Positions 28,027 to 39,996 of a stretch of 64,000 nt of DNA are shown here, piece after piece (positions within the stretch are counted from its first letter, which is position 1; every line of letters starts with the position of its first letter). The DNA lies in the NCBI GenBank assembly GCA_964016885.1, contig OZ024743.1, positions 328,290,001 through 328,354,000 of the forward strand, written 5' to 3'. A program made the translations under genes and the position numbers. The notes below the pieces were generated by a model. It searched no databases. It worked only from the letters and a program-made list of their open reading frames with translations, and was not told the DNA's origin. This DNA is from Eledone cirrhosa (taxonomy: Eukaryota).

Positions 28027-28090
28027 ATGGTCAGAGGATGAACCATGATATCCTGGTGTTTTGCCCGTGCTCACAGGATCATCAGACAAG
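28027..28090 (-). ncRNA. Candidate intronic box C/D snoRNA
   Basis: Sense to RPL23A in intron 2: cTGATGA (C box), TCCTG...CAGGA stem, TGGTTCATCCT, then CTGA (D box). The guide is complementary to the conserved LSU rRNA motif GGGAUGAACC, recalled from memory. Confidence 0.6.
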
Positions 28091-29048
28091 GTTGAATATT
28101 TAATGGCAGAGTCAGTATAAATAGGGGAGGTATAAGCAGTAATAGAGAGAATATGAGAAAGGTGTAAAAAGAAATGTGGTCAAGTAGGGGAGAATAGGAG
28201 AAAATCCATGTCCTTTCTCATATCCTATTACACATCTCATTCACTGCACCCCATCCTCCTCTTATACTACCTGAAGGGCACAAGTGAAACTCCAGAGTAA
28301 CCAGATTCAACATATGGACTTGATATTTATATCACGTGTGTATATATATATATATATACACACACAAACACATCAGTCAGGACACCCAGTGTCAATGACA
28401 CTTTACACTGCACCACTTTTAAGATAGATGGCAAGAAAGTATCCTCAAACCAGACACCTGGCCTGAATACAGGAGAATCTGCTAAAGACACCCAAAGGGA
28501 GATGGCAGTGTTAACCAGGCATCAGATTAAGTCACCTAAGTAGGCCACAGAACAGAATGTAAAAAGACAAGTACAGCAAGGTACCTAGTCAACTACCATG
28601 GACTAATACTTTATGCCAAACAGACATAATGGCAATATATCATATCTTCCCAGAAAGAATCAATGGCATGATTTGAACTCAGTGCGCAGAGATTCGGAAT
28701 AAATATCGCTATGTATCTTGTTCCACATCCTGGTGGCTCTGTCAAGTCACCTACGATGGTTCCAGCATCCATTAAGGTATGGTATGGTCCCGTAACTCCT
28801 AATGAATTGTAGGGGCCGCCTTATTGACACGCAGCGTTTCTTAGTGCAAAAGCCTTAGTGGGAAACAAAGTAACAACAAATATAACCAAGGGGCTTCTAG
28901 AAATCAAATCTACGCCATTACTTTTGGGATTTCTTAAGCCATTGAAACGCCTGTCTATAAAAGTAACAATGTTTCACAATCAATACATTAGTATTCTCTC
29001 AACTGGATTATTTACAATAAAACATTTGATATTTTGTAAACAACTTAC

Positions 29049-29337
29049 TTATCTTCACGTGTACCAGTACTTTTTCTTGGGTACTTAGGGTCCCTTGGCA
29101 ATCGAAGAGTACGTGGTCTCCTAAACCTTACACTTGTGTGTATTTTCTTGGTTTTCCTGGTATGAATACCTTTCAACACTGCCCTCTTTGCTTGAAGACT
29201 CTTCACCACTGCTTTCTTTGCCTGAATACCTTTCAATACAGCTTTCTTTGCCTTAACTGCCTTTGCTCTAGCTTTGCTAATAGCAGTAGGTTTTCTTCGT
29301 ACACGTGGTTCCTTCTTCTTTTCTGGTTTCTTGGAAG
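29049..29337 (-). CDS. RPL23A: RPL23A exon 2
   Basis: ttgcag acceptor and GTAAGT donor; encodes ...KAKKAVLKG...[27 protein letters not shown]. Phases 1 and 2 match the neighbouring exons. Confidence 0.96.
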
Positions 29338-30988
29338 CTGCAAAACAAGATTTTAACACTGCTACATTCCTGTAGAAAAGGAAATCTATCAAAGCACTAT
29401 GGCTAAATCTTATTTCATTCAGCAAAACAAGTGAACATAACTGACAGTTTCATTATCAAAACAAGGGTTGCTAAAATTCCGCGTAACATCTTGCAATGAT
29501 TTACCAGAAAATTGGTTGTATTTATAGTATCTTTACTACTGGTAAGATAGTTGTGAAAATACTAGAGCAAGCACATTGACTTTTATGATGACGTCAAAAT
29601 GATGCTTTATACTTTAAGAATATCTTGCCAATGCCGCCCGTTTCACGTGGTATAGTATGTTAGGAGTTAAGCCAAGCATTTCTACACATCAGCTTCCCCT
29701 GCAGATACGTTGCATAGGTCGATGTGATCCTCAATTAGTTTTTATTCAGCTTAGGGAACCACGTCCCATAAGTCATATACATAATGGTTTCTACAGTTGG
29801 ATGACATTTCTAACACTAGAGGTTGGGGTGTACTTAATAAACACGAACGACGACCAGTCCAACACGTACGTGTATGGATAAAAATGATGACGTATAATAA
29901 AGAACTCAATAATCCTGTACTATTAGGTTACCCTATTTATTATAACATTACAAATAAAGAATGGTGCGGTATGCTAATCTAATTCAATCTTATTTACATA
30001 AAACCAACTCAGACAAGAAACTCCTAAAGTTTTAATTACTCCCCTTGATTCAAGACACAGTACAAGTGCCATATAACTTCGTAAAAAAACAGGATTTATA
30101 TGTATTAGTCAAAGAACTACGCAAGATCCTAGAGTTTCGCGCCGATGCGCTTATCAAACTAACAGACACGAAGACATCAAGTCTATATGTAACAAAATAT
30201 AAAAGCCACAGTACGACTGAAACCAGTAAAAACATTTCACAATGCAAAATAAAAATCTAATTCAGAGCCTCATCATTTGTCGATTTTGAACGATCGTATA
30301 AGAGGACAAGGTATGTTAAGCTTTGCAATTAATCGCAAAGGGAACGTGTTTATCAAATTAATCATGGGTTTGTATGTATGGATCGGCAACTCCTAAATGA
30401 ACCATAGGGTGGTCATATTAACATACAGGGTTTCTAGGGCTTTTTATTTTTAAACCTGGCGGAGCCCATCTCCTCTCCAAATCTGAATACAGCAGATTTC
30501 TTTTAGAGTAATAGATACAGAATAGACTCCAGTACTAGACTGGTACTTATTTTATCGAACTTAAATAGACGAAATGCAAAGTTGACTTCAGCGTGATTTG
30601 AGCTCAGAATGAATACTGCAAAGCATTCTATCCGATGTTCCAGCGACTCTCATGACAAATTTACCAAGTCTAAATCTAAAACAATAGACGGGGAGAAAGA
30701 GAGATAACAGAAGTTGTAAAAAGTTCACAACTTCAGATTATGCACGCAGTTTCGGATCCTGTATTGAAATTTATTTCTGGAAGACTTAATATTTGACTGT
30801 ATATTGTTTATAAAGCGAATGTTAATTCACAGTGAAAACAAAATAAAGAAGCTTTAATTTACGAATTTAAAAACAAAACTTGTCTTTCTACTAACTTTAA
30901 CAAGGAAATAATCAATAAAGTGCAAATACGTTGAAAATAATTAAACAGTAAAAGAAATCTAGTCGACATTGAAATTTGTTAAAATAAT

Positions 30989-31171
30989 TGTTTCTACTTT
31001 TGGCACAAGGCCGGCAATTACCCAGTGCATTACTGGTACTTTATTTTATCGACCCCGTAAGGATGAAAGGCAAAGATAACCTCGGCGGGATTTGAACTCA
31101 GAATGGCAAGGGCCGTAACTCTATGCGTCAAAGCATGGCGTACGACCCTCTACTGATACTGCCAATCCACC
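30989..31171 (-). mobile_element. Young Meta-like SINE with 18-bp TSD in RPL23A intron 1
   Basis: Flanked by the exact direct repeat GAAATTTGTTAAAATAAT (30971-30988 and 31172-31189). Confidence 0.9.
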
Positions 31172-31726
31172 GAAATTTGTTAAAATAATGAATGTAAAAA
31201 GAAATTAATTAGAAATATATAGTCTGCAGGTTAAATTTATATGCTTCTTGTAATTATAATTTAAAATCGATATTAAATAATTAATGAATTAACTAAAATT
31301 AGAGCAATAAATTTGATCTAATCATTAATCCAAGTTTATTACACATTTTAAATATCCCATAATTACCTGCTACAATAAACACGTTTTCTATAGCAGGTTC
31401 CCTCCTATATTTAATATATAATATAGCGATGTTAAAAAACTTATAGCTAAGCTAATACTTTTAAACAATAAGTATACTATAAACAACATACATTATTAGT
31501 CACAAATTTAATATATTTCAGGTCGATTTAAGTTATATTTCCGTGAAAAGAAAACGTAGCATTTCCGACCATGTGGTTTATTATAGAGCATGGTGCTATC
31601 AACATTAAGTCATTCAAATAACAAAATAACTGATTTAGGGACCCATTATAGCACCAAGACTGATAGCTGAGATCGATTGAGGAGTATTAGAAATAAATTA
31701 GAAAAGAATTGAACATTAAAGATCAC

Positions 31727-31781
31727 CTTTAGAGGAAGATTTGCCTCCTTTGCTGGACGATACCTTCTTCTTGGGAGCCAT
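31727..31781 (-). CDS. RPL23A: RPL23A exon 1
   Basis: ATG GCT CCC AAG AAG AAG gives MAPKKKVSSSKGGKSSSK, then G|GTGATC. Phase 1 joins exon 2. The total CDS is 606 nt, or 201 aa. Confidence 0.9.
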
Positions 31782-31787
31782 CTTGAT

Positions 31788-31870
31788 GTAAAAGAGAACG
31801 AGATTTGGGGCTGACACGTAGAAAATCACGGAGTGCCGGGTCGATAGAAACACTTCCGCTTCCGTGTCAA
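31788..31870 (-). promoter_or_regulatory. RPL23A promoter with 5'TOP/TCT initiator and tandem ETS/GABP-type sites; possibly bidirectional
   Basis: Minus strand TCGTTCTCTTTTACATCAAG-ATG (polypyrimidine initiator). CACTTCCGCTTCCG at 31851-31864. Locally CpG-rich. Confidence 0.75.
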
Positions 31871-32874
31871 CGGTCAGAGGTCGTCAAGAAATTTGAGGTC
31901 AACTCCGTTGCGAAGCAAAGCAATGCAGACACACGCACATACACACGCACTTCTCTCCACTGGAATCTGCTAATGCGCTAGAAACAAGTTAACTTAACTT
32001 AAATTACATGTAAGTATTCAGTTAAACTCTACGTTCTTATCACATTCATTTTTCTTCTTCAATTTAAGTTGAGATTCAATAACTTAACCTAATTTCAGTT
32101 TATATTTATTTGTTGTGATGGAGTTTGTCCTGTTTCTAACCAGCCTCACTTTTCTCCAAGTGTGGAATATTTTCAGAAATGGGTGGGTTTCACAGCTTCA
32201 ACATTTACTTTATAACATTTAATGGGACTTATTTTTTCTCTTGTCTACTGAATATTATAGGTTATTATTATCATTATTACTACTACTACTACTACCTTAA
32301 CCAGTAACATCATTATTTGTTATCATCATCATCATCATCATCGTGACTACCGTTATCATTGCAATCATCATCATCGTCATCACCCCCGCCACCATCATCA
32401 TTATCACCACAACCATCACCACCACCGCAATTATCATCAACATTACCATCATCATCGTTAGCATCATCACCACCACCACCACCATCATCATTACATTAAT
32501 GTGCTTGTTTTACTTCTGGACAAGTTTATAAATAATAACACTGCTTCCAGGAGCGAGTTAATCTTTCCATCGGGGCCCTTACGTAAAATTGTGGGTCACT
32601 CGCTACTGTCCAGTCACCCACCATCCGACCCAGCGGTAGAGTCTGTCGACCTCTCCCCTTCTTCCTCTTTCTTCCTTGCCTAATTGTCCTTGTTCTTTCC
32701 ATCCTTTTTTTTCATATTTATGGCATTTATAGTCCTTTCCTATACTTTCCTATACAGCCAGATCTGCCCTTCTTTACCCTTTCCTCATTACTTAATTTTG
32801 TTTTCATCCTCTTTTTTTTAAATATCTTTCATCATTGTATAACTTCTATTTGTAAAATATAGTTGTATTGGTTG

Positions 32875-32929
<55 letters not shown>

Positions 32930-33078
32930 ATAGTATATGTATATATATATGTGTATGTATATATATATATAAAGAATATTCTTTAATTACGCACTGTCTA
33001 TAAATTATTGAAAACTTTTAATGTATGAGTGTAAGAATATGTGTGTGTACACATATTCACACATACACACACACGCAT

Positions 33079-33170
33079 ATATATATATATATTTAAACGA
33101 AACTTGCTCATTTTTTCTTTTATATATATATATATAAGAAAAAACGAGCAAGTTTCGCTTAAATATATAT
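33079..33170. repeat. Short near-perfect palindrome centred on (TA)n (MITE-like)
   Basis: TTTAAACGAAACTTGCTCATTTTTTCTT-(TA)n-AAGAAAAAACGAGCAAGTTTCGCTTAAA. Confidence 0.7.
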
Positions 33171-33689
33171 TTTGTCCTATCACCAGTCAAAGGAGCAGAT
33201 CAATACTGGAGCCGGGTCCATAACTCCTATGGTTCACCTTGAGCCAATCCCTCTGCGAAACGCGCGTAACAAGTCGATACGCAATAGATATTTTTCATAC
33301 GTAAACGAAACTGCCTCGTTTTTTCTATTATATACACGCTGCCTGCGCGTACCAACACCAGTATTTCTCTGTACTACCTACACTATATCAGTATATAGAG
33401 AAGAGTACCCGGTAAGGGTAATTAGGCTCATACCAAGATAGAGATGATCCTCTTCTGAGTATCGAGCATGGCTTGGTATCGATTCCTCCCAGATAGGCCT
33501 CAATACGAGAAGTGATAGTTAAATTTGAGCGGATGGTTGGTCCACTCCTTGTTGAGCCCTTGACTTACAAATGTTGACTGATAGTGCGTCAACTGTTTCT
33601 TTGTTTGAGGTTGTTCCAGATCAGATGACCGTGTCACACTGGACTGATTTTAGCTTGGTTTCCACGCCTGGATGCTCTTCCGAATGCCA

Positions 33690-34085
33690 ACCACATTTAC
33701 AGAGTGTACTGGGTGCTTTTTGTCGTGACACCTACATGACCGCTTTACAGTGTGTACTGGGAGATTTTTGTCATGTCACCTACATGATCACTTTACAGTG
33801 GGCTGGGCACTTTTTATTATGCCACCTACATGACCACTTTACAGTGGGCTGGGCACTTTTGTTGTGCCACCTACATGATCACTTTACAGTGGGCTGGGCA
33901 CTTTTTGTTGTGCCATCTACATGACCATTTTACAGTTGGTTGGGCACTTTTTGTGTCACCTACATGACCATTTTACAGTGGGCTGGACACTTTTTGTCAT
34001 GTCACCTACATGACCACTTTACAGTGGGCTGGGCACTTTTTGTCATGTCGCCATTAAGACCACTTTACCGTATGTGCTGGGGACT
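33690..34085 (-). repeat. About 44-bp tandem expansion inside a SINE-like element
   Basis: Unit CACCTACATGACCACTTTACAGTGGGCTGGGCACTTTTTGTTGTG, continuous with GGATGCTCTTCCGAATGCCAACCAC of the SINE body. Confidence 0.8.
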
Positions 34086-34804
34086 TGGGTGTGGGGGTTG
34101 GGGAGGTAGATCTAGGGACGTGTGTGAGGGGCGAAGTGTTAGGGTGGGGGTCCTTTTGTATGTTGTCGACAGTGGAAGTAGCTCTCTAAACTTCTATTCG
34201 TTACATATATACATTAACTTCATTTACTTTAAATAAAGAACAACTATATCTGATATTTGATGTATTATTCCCTCTCAGTTTGGGTGTTGTATAGGAACAG
34301 TGCTTGACTTACCAATAAGCTAAATGAACTATAGATTAGGGCCACACACCACAGGGGCCTTATTTATTATATATATTTTATTTTATATCAGTTTTTATTC
34401 TTTAAAACTAAATCATCAAAAATTATGTATATCATCATCATCATCGTTTAACTTCAATCTTCCACACTAGCATGGGTTAGACGGGTTTGTCCAATTTGAG
34501 GCAAGTTGGGTTGGGTGAGCGTGTCTCACTTGTATAGGACTGTTTCTGAATGGTTTTCTACAGCTGGATGCCCTTCCTAACGCCAACCACGTTTACTGGG
34601 TGCTGGGTGCTTTTTGCCGTGTCTCCTACACGACCACTTTACAGTGTGGTCTGGGTGCTTTTTATCGTGACACTTATATGACCACTTTACAGTGTGAGCT
34701 GGATGTTTTGTGGTACCAACATAACAGAGTAAGGGTAGTGTGGGCGAAAATGGGAGGGGGGTGTAGGGGGTGTGGAGTGTATATTGGATTAAGTAGTCCC
34801 AACT

Positions 34805-35060
34805 GAGTGTAGTTCAAGTTTGTGCGCAAGGGAAGGCGGGTCTTCTGCATTACAGCATAGTGCCAAAGATCTCGATCCTGTGTTATTGTCTTAGAGAAGT
34901 GCAAGTGTGCATGGTCAGCTTTTATCACCTCGTCCCAGGTCTTTCTGGATCTACCTATTCCATAGCTTCCATCAATTTTGATGGCCCTGATTGTTTTTAT
35001 ACAGCTGTTGTCCTTCATATGCATCACATGACCATACCAACGCAATCTCCTCTCTAACAA
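34805..35060 (-). mobile_element. LINE 3' end fragment
   Basis: Encodes RRLRWYGHVMHMKDNSCIK...GRSRKTWDEVIKAD. Confidence 0.8.
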
Positions 35061-35121
35061 CAAAACAAACGGCACAGTACATGTAAGAAATATATTAGTT
35101 TCACACTTGAAATAGCAGGAA

Positions 35122-35166
35122 GAGAGTTTTAACGTTTCGGACACTAGTCCTTTATCAGAAAACAGA
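35122..35166 (-). ncRNA. Degenerate minimal type I hammerhead-like motif (Penelope-type)
   Basis: GTTTT-CTGATAA-A-GGAC(TAGT)GTCC-GAAA-CGTTA-AAAC. The core has A in place of G8. Confidence 0.5.
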
Positions 35167-35319
35167 GTTATAAATAGAAGATAAATAGAAAGTAAAGAGT
35201 GATGAGAGGAAGGAACAGTGAAAGATGAGAAGAAAAGATTGGGGATAAAAACACACGTGCATATTCAGTTGGCCATCTTATATATATATATATATATACA
35301 TATGGAATAGCAAATTTTT

Positions 35320-36098
35320 CGCTTGGGAAGAATTGCTGTCCGTCCTTTGGCACAACCTGAGGTGGCTGTAGAGGCCAATCCTAACAGCTACAGCCAGCTT
35401 TGAGGAAGGCAGAAGCTGAAGAAGAACTGACCAAGTACACACCTGCCCCAGCTGTACCAGAGCCTGCGGGTACATACATACATAGATACATACACATACA
35501 TACATGCATACATACATACACACATACATACATGGTGGCTGCCAACTCGTTTTCGAGTACAGCCACTACTTTATATCCATGTAGGAGAACCCCTACCGAT
35601 GCGCTGAACGAGTGTGACTTTTTAGACCAGCCAGCAACTTGAAAACTCTGGTACAAACACTACACTTGTGACAATTATTGACACACAGTGCTGGGCCCAT
35701 GGTACCATGTGACGACAAGTGCAGAGAGATCTCCAGATATAAAGCAATGCCTGTGCCGTGAAGCTTTTATAGTGAGCAAAGGCACTGCACAAAGCCAGTC
35801 CCACTCTCTTAACCAAGATGATATTTACCAAAAAGAAGAACAAGTCAACATCATTGGATACCATCAGGGTTGCAGGTGTTATATCAGAGTTTTCCTTCTC
35901 CTAGAATTCTGCCTTGACAAAGGCTAAGGAGTGATCTCTCCCGGTGATTTTGGATGGCCATTGAGCTCCTTTGCCCTTTGACAGGTTTTGTTTTTAGTCC
36001 TGCAGGATGTCCAAAGTCACCCTCCTCACCAAGAAACCTTGGTGGGGTTGCCAGTTTAGTCGCCAACGACCCGACCATGAGACAGGTTGTACTGGGAT
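35320..36098 (-). mobile_element. Second, longer copy of the 10921-11492 repeat
   Basis: Near-identical in reverse orientation, and it continues past an internal (CATA)n tract. Confidence 0.75.
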
Positions 36099-37587
36099 AC
36101 ATGTTACCAGTAGCACCAACTGGTACATAAATACATCAGTTCCTGTATGAGCAAGACAAGGTCAGCGACTGGACAGTGCCCACAACAGGACAACCCGTCC
36201 AACCCATGCTAGCGTGGAAGAATGGACGTAAAACGGTGATGATGATGACACATACATACACACATACATTACATCACTCCTGCTACCACTGCCATCTCCT
36301 CCTTTATTTCACCCACCTTTAAAACAATTCTTTAATAATTGCTGTACAATTTCCTCAACCTTTCCTCCCATAACATTTCCCCTGTCTCCTTGTCTCCCTA
36401 TTCCCTCCCTCACCCCACATTTCTTTCTTTATATATTTCCTTTTTATTTTTATTCTTCAGAGCCACCCTCTTTTCTTCTCCTTTTCTTCCTCTTCTCCCT
36501 ATCTACCCCCCCATGTTCTTTTCCGCCTTTCTTTCCACCTCCATCACCCCATTGTTTGTCTCTCTTACATTTCTTTTCATTTGCTATAACACACACATAC
36601 ATATACATACATACATACACACACTCACATAGGTACACACACACATACAGGTACATGCATAGATACACATACATACATTCTACTTCCCTTTTTTCAACTC
36701 AAATATCTATCACAGTTCCTCTTTTCACAACCACCACTAACACCACCAACAACACCACCACCATCACCAGTACCACCACAACCACCATCACCACCGCCAC
36801 CATCATCTCTGTCCATACATAATTTTCTTCTCCACCTTTCCTGTTTCTAGATTCCTCCCACAAAAGCTGTTTACAATTATAGTAACCTGTGACGATGTTG
36901 TTTTATTATTGGAATCCTTTAATTAGGAGGAAATCTTTATTAATTATTACTGTCAGCTTTTTATTATTATTGTTTTCTTTATTTAATTCAATTTTCATTT
37001 ATATTGAAGTGTAAAAATATTCATTACACCTCTGCACACCTGGTCACTGACACAGTTCTACTGGAACTGTTTGAAACTTACTATCCAGTTTTTATATACC
37101 TCAGGTTATTTTACCTCCATGACTCACTCTCTCTAGGCACACACCTTCCCCCTCTCTCTCTCTTTCTCTCTCCCTATATATATATATAACAAAGAAAGTG
37201 TGGTAAGAAACCAGGTGGACCATAATGCACCAGAGTATTCAATACTTAGAGTAGTAGAATGGTTAATAGGAAAAGAGTCAGGACCCTGATGGCTAAGCTC
37301 TGGCCGTTTCAACAGCTAGATCCAAACCAATGTTCAGATCTGGCTGTTGAAATGGTTGGAGCTCAGCCATCGGGGTCCTGACTCTTTATATATATATATA
37401 TATATGATGATGATGTTGATATATATATATATATATGTATATATACTTCCTTCACAGCTTAGGCTTCTGGCTGGGAATGTTGTATTACAATTAATCCAAT
37501 GTGTTTGTTCCAAATGAATTTGTTGAGTAAATTGTAAATGAGATCAAAATCACTAGATATCAATCTAATCCCTTAATATTATTATTA

Positions 37588-38028
37588 TTGGTGGATTGGC
37601 AGAATCGGTAGAGCATCAGACAACATGCTTAGTGGCATAGAATTACAGCCCTTTATGTTCTGAGTTCAAATTCCATCGAGGTTAGCTTTGCCTTTCATCT
37701 TTATGGGGTGATAAAATAAAGTACTAGTAATGCACTGGGGGCAATTTAATTGACTTTCCCCTCCCTCAAAATTGTTGACCTTGTGCCTAAATCAGAAACC
37801 ATTATTATTATTATAATAAGGGCGGTGGATTGGCATTATCGGTAGAGGGTCAGACGCCATGCTTTGCAGCACAGAGTTACGGCCTTTTATGGTCTGAGTT
37901 CAAATCCCGCCGAGGTTAACTTTGCCTTTCATCCTTACGGGGTTGATAAAATAAAGTACCAGTAATGCACTGGGATAATTGCTGGCCTTGCTCCAAAAGT
38001 AGAAACAATTATTATTATTATTATTATA
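37588..38028 (+). mobile_element. Two tandem Meta-like SINEs
   Basis: Two heads starting GGTGGATTGGCA, each with the core and an (ATT)n tail. Confidence 0.85.
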
Positions 38029-38226
38029 TTTTCCTTTGATTTCCCTTTATGTGCAATGATATGTTAGTATCAACTTAAGGTAGGCATTGTTGGTTTTGAT
38101 AGTTTTCGATAGCTTTTTTGTTTTGTCCTCACATTCACTTAAGTCACATCACAAAAGTTGATAGGTAATTAAGTTTAAAATAAAAATAAAATGGTAGGAG
38201 TAGGAGGAGATAAAAAGAAGTATTAA

Positions 38227-39033
38227 CCCTTTAGCATTTAAACCGGCTGTATCCGGCCCAAATTCTCTCACCTCTTTATGTTTAAACTGGCTGTAACCAG
38301 CCACTCAAACTGATGTTAACCCTTTAGCATTTAAACCGGCTGTATCCGGCCCAAATTCTCTCACCTCTTTATGTTTAAACTGGCTGTAACCAGCCACTCA
38401 AACTGATGTTAACCCTTTAGCATTTAAACCGGCTGTATCCGGCCCCCCAAATTCTCTCACCTCTTTATGTTTAAACTGGCTGTAACCAGCCACTCAAACT
38501 GATGTTAACCCTTTAGCATTTAAACCGGCTGTATCCGGCCCCCCAAATTCTCTCACCTCTTTATGTTTAAACTGGCTGTAACCAGCCACTCAAACTGATG
38601 TTAACCCTTTAGCATTTAAACCGGCTGTATCCGGCCCCCCAAATTCTCTCACCTCTTTATGTTTAAACTGGCTGTAACCAGCCACTCAAACTGATGTTAA
38701 CCCTTTAGCATTTAAACCGGCCATATCTGGCTAGAATTCTCTCACCTCTTTCTGTTCAAACCAGCTGTAACTGGCCACTCAGACTGATGTTAAGGTATTG
38801 TTCTCAAAATAAATAACATCAAAATCTCATAGATTCAATATTATGTGGGATAAAGCCCTTACCGTGAAAATAAAATAGTAAATATAGAGTAACGTAAATG
38901 CTAAAGGGTTAAGGTATTGTTCTCAAAATAAATAATATCAAAATCTCAGATTCTATATTATGTGAGATAATTATGTAAGATAAAGCCTTTACTGTGAAAA
39001 TACAATAGTATCTATAGAGTAATGTAAATAGGG
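38227..39033 (+). mobile_element. Nested piggyBac MITE with tandemly amplified left half
   Basis: Left-half units start at 38227, 38320, 38413, 38509 and 38605. A complete MITE occupies 38701-38908 and an orphan right half 38913-39033. Every junction is TTAA. Confidence 0.9.
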
Positions 39034-39693
39034 TTAAGAAGTATAAAAGATATGAATTAATTTTGCATTAAGGATATTTGAATGGTATTAAATATTAATC
39101 AAATTTGCTTTAAAATAAAGATTGTGTGTTGACATATATTACAAAGACTAAAATTTACGATGTGGGCACTACATGTTAGAACTATCTTTGGGATTTCATA
39201 GGTGCTAGGTGTACCAAGTATGTTTTCTAGAAACTGTTGAACGCCTTTCTTTATGACACCGAGAGCTCCTATCACTACCAGAATAGTTTACGTTTTAAGG
39301 TGCCACATTCTGTTTATCTCAATTTCTAGATCTTTATATTTAAGCAAGTTCCTCATACTCTTTTGCTGACAGATTTCTATGAGATGGTACAGTCATGCCA
39401 ATAAGTAAGCAGGTCTATAATAATAGCATGGTAGTTTGCATTAATAGTGTGATCTGTGTGAATGGTAAAGTCCCAAAGGATTGTTGCTCCTTCAGTCTCA
39501 GTTAGTGGTTGTGGTTTGTGTTATCACCAGTTTTCTGCTTTGTATTGTGTACATATAATCCAGTGGATATATTGCCCCACCCTATCATGTCTAATCTTAT
39601 ATTCAGATGGTGCTAGTGTGGTACATCCTGATATTATATGGTCAATTGTTCCAAGCTGTACGCCACATATCCTGCATTGGCTAGGATGATTAA

Positions 39694-39901
39694 CCTTTTC
39701 ATGACTGCATTTCTAATAAAATACACTCTAAATATATATTAGGGGATTTACTAATTATTTCATTACCAAGATAGTAACTTAATGTAAGGTTCTTATATAA
39801 AATTATGTTGGTAGATCTTAATTTAAATTGGAAACCTTTATAATAGGTGGTTTTATTTCATAGAACCAGAGCCAGTTTCGGTCGGGTTGGTAACAAAAGG
39901 G
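39694..39901. mobile_element. Second piggyBac-type MITE family
   Basis: TTAA|CCTTTTCATGAC ... GGTAACAAAAGGG|TTAA. A relative lies at about 9794-9976. Confidence 0.7.
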
Positions 39902-39996
39902 TTAAATATATATCATCATCACCACCACCATTACAATCATCATCATCATCATCGTCAGTGTTTTGTATGTTTTTCTCATGCTGCCATAGGTTTGAT

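Noticed and set aside
28780-28850. Motif shared by RPL23A introns (about 28780-28850 and 30375-30415) as a duplicated snoRNA
   Set aside because: A similar sequence occurs in a PHKG intron (about 7445-7510), so it is more likely a dispersed repeat, and it has no clear boxes.
31626-31637. 12-nt complement to 18S rRNA (ATAACTGATTTA) as a snoRNA guide
   Set aside because: It is on the strand opposite RPL23A transcription and lacks properly placed C/D boxes.
37588-37680. tRNA genes
   Set aside because: The A/B-box heads continue into SINE core and (ATT)n tails, with no proper cloverleaf.
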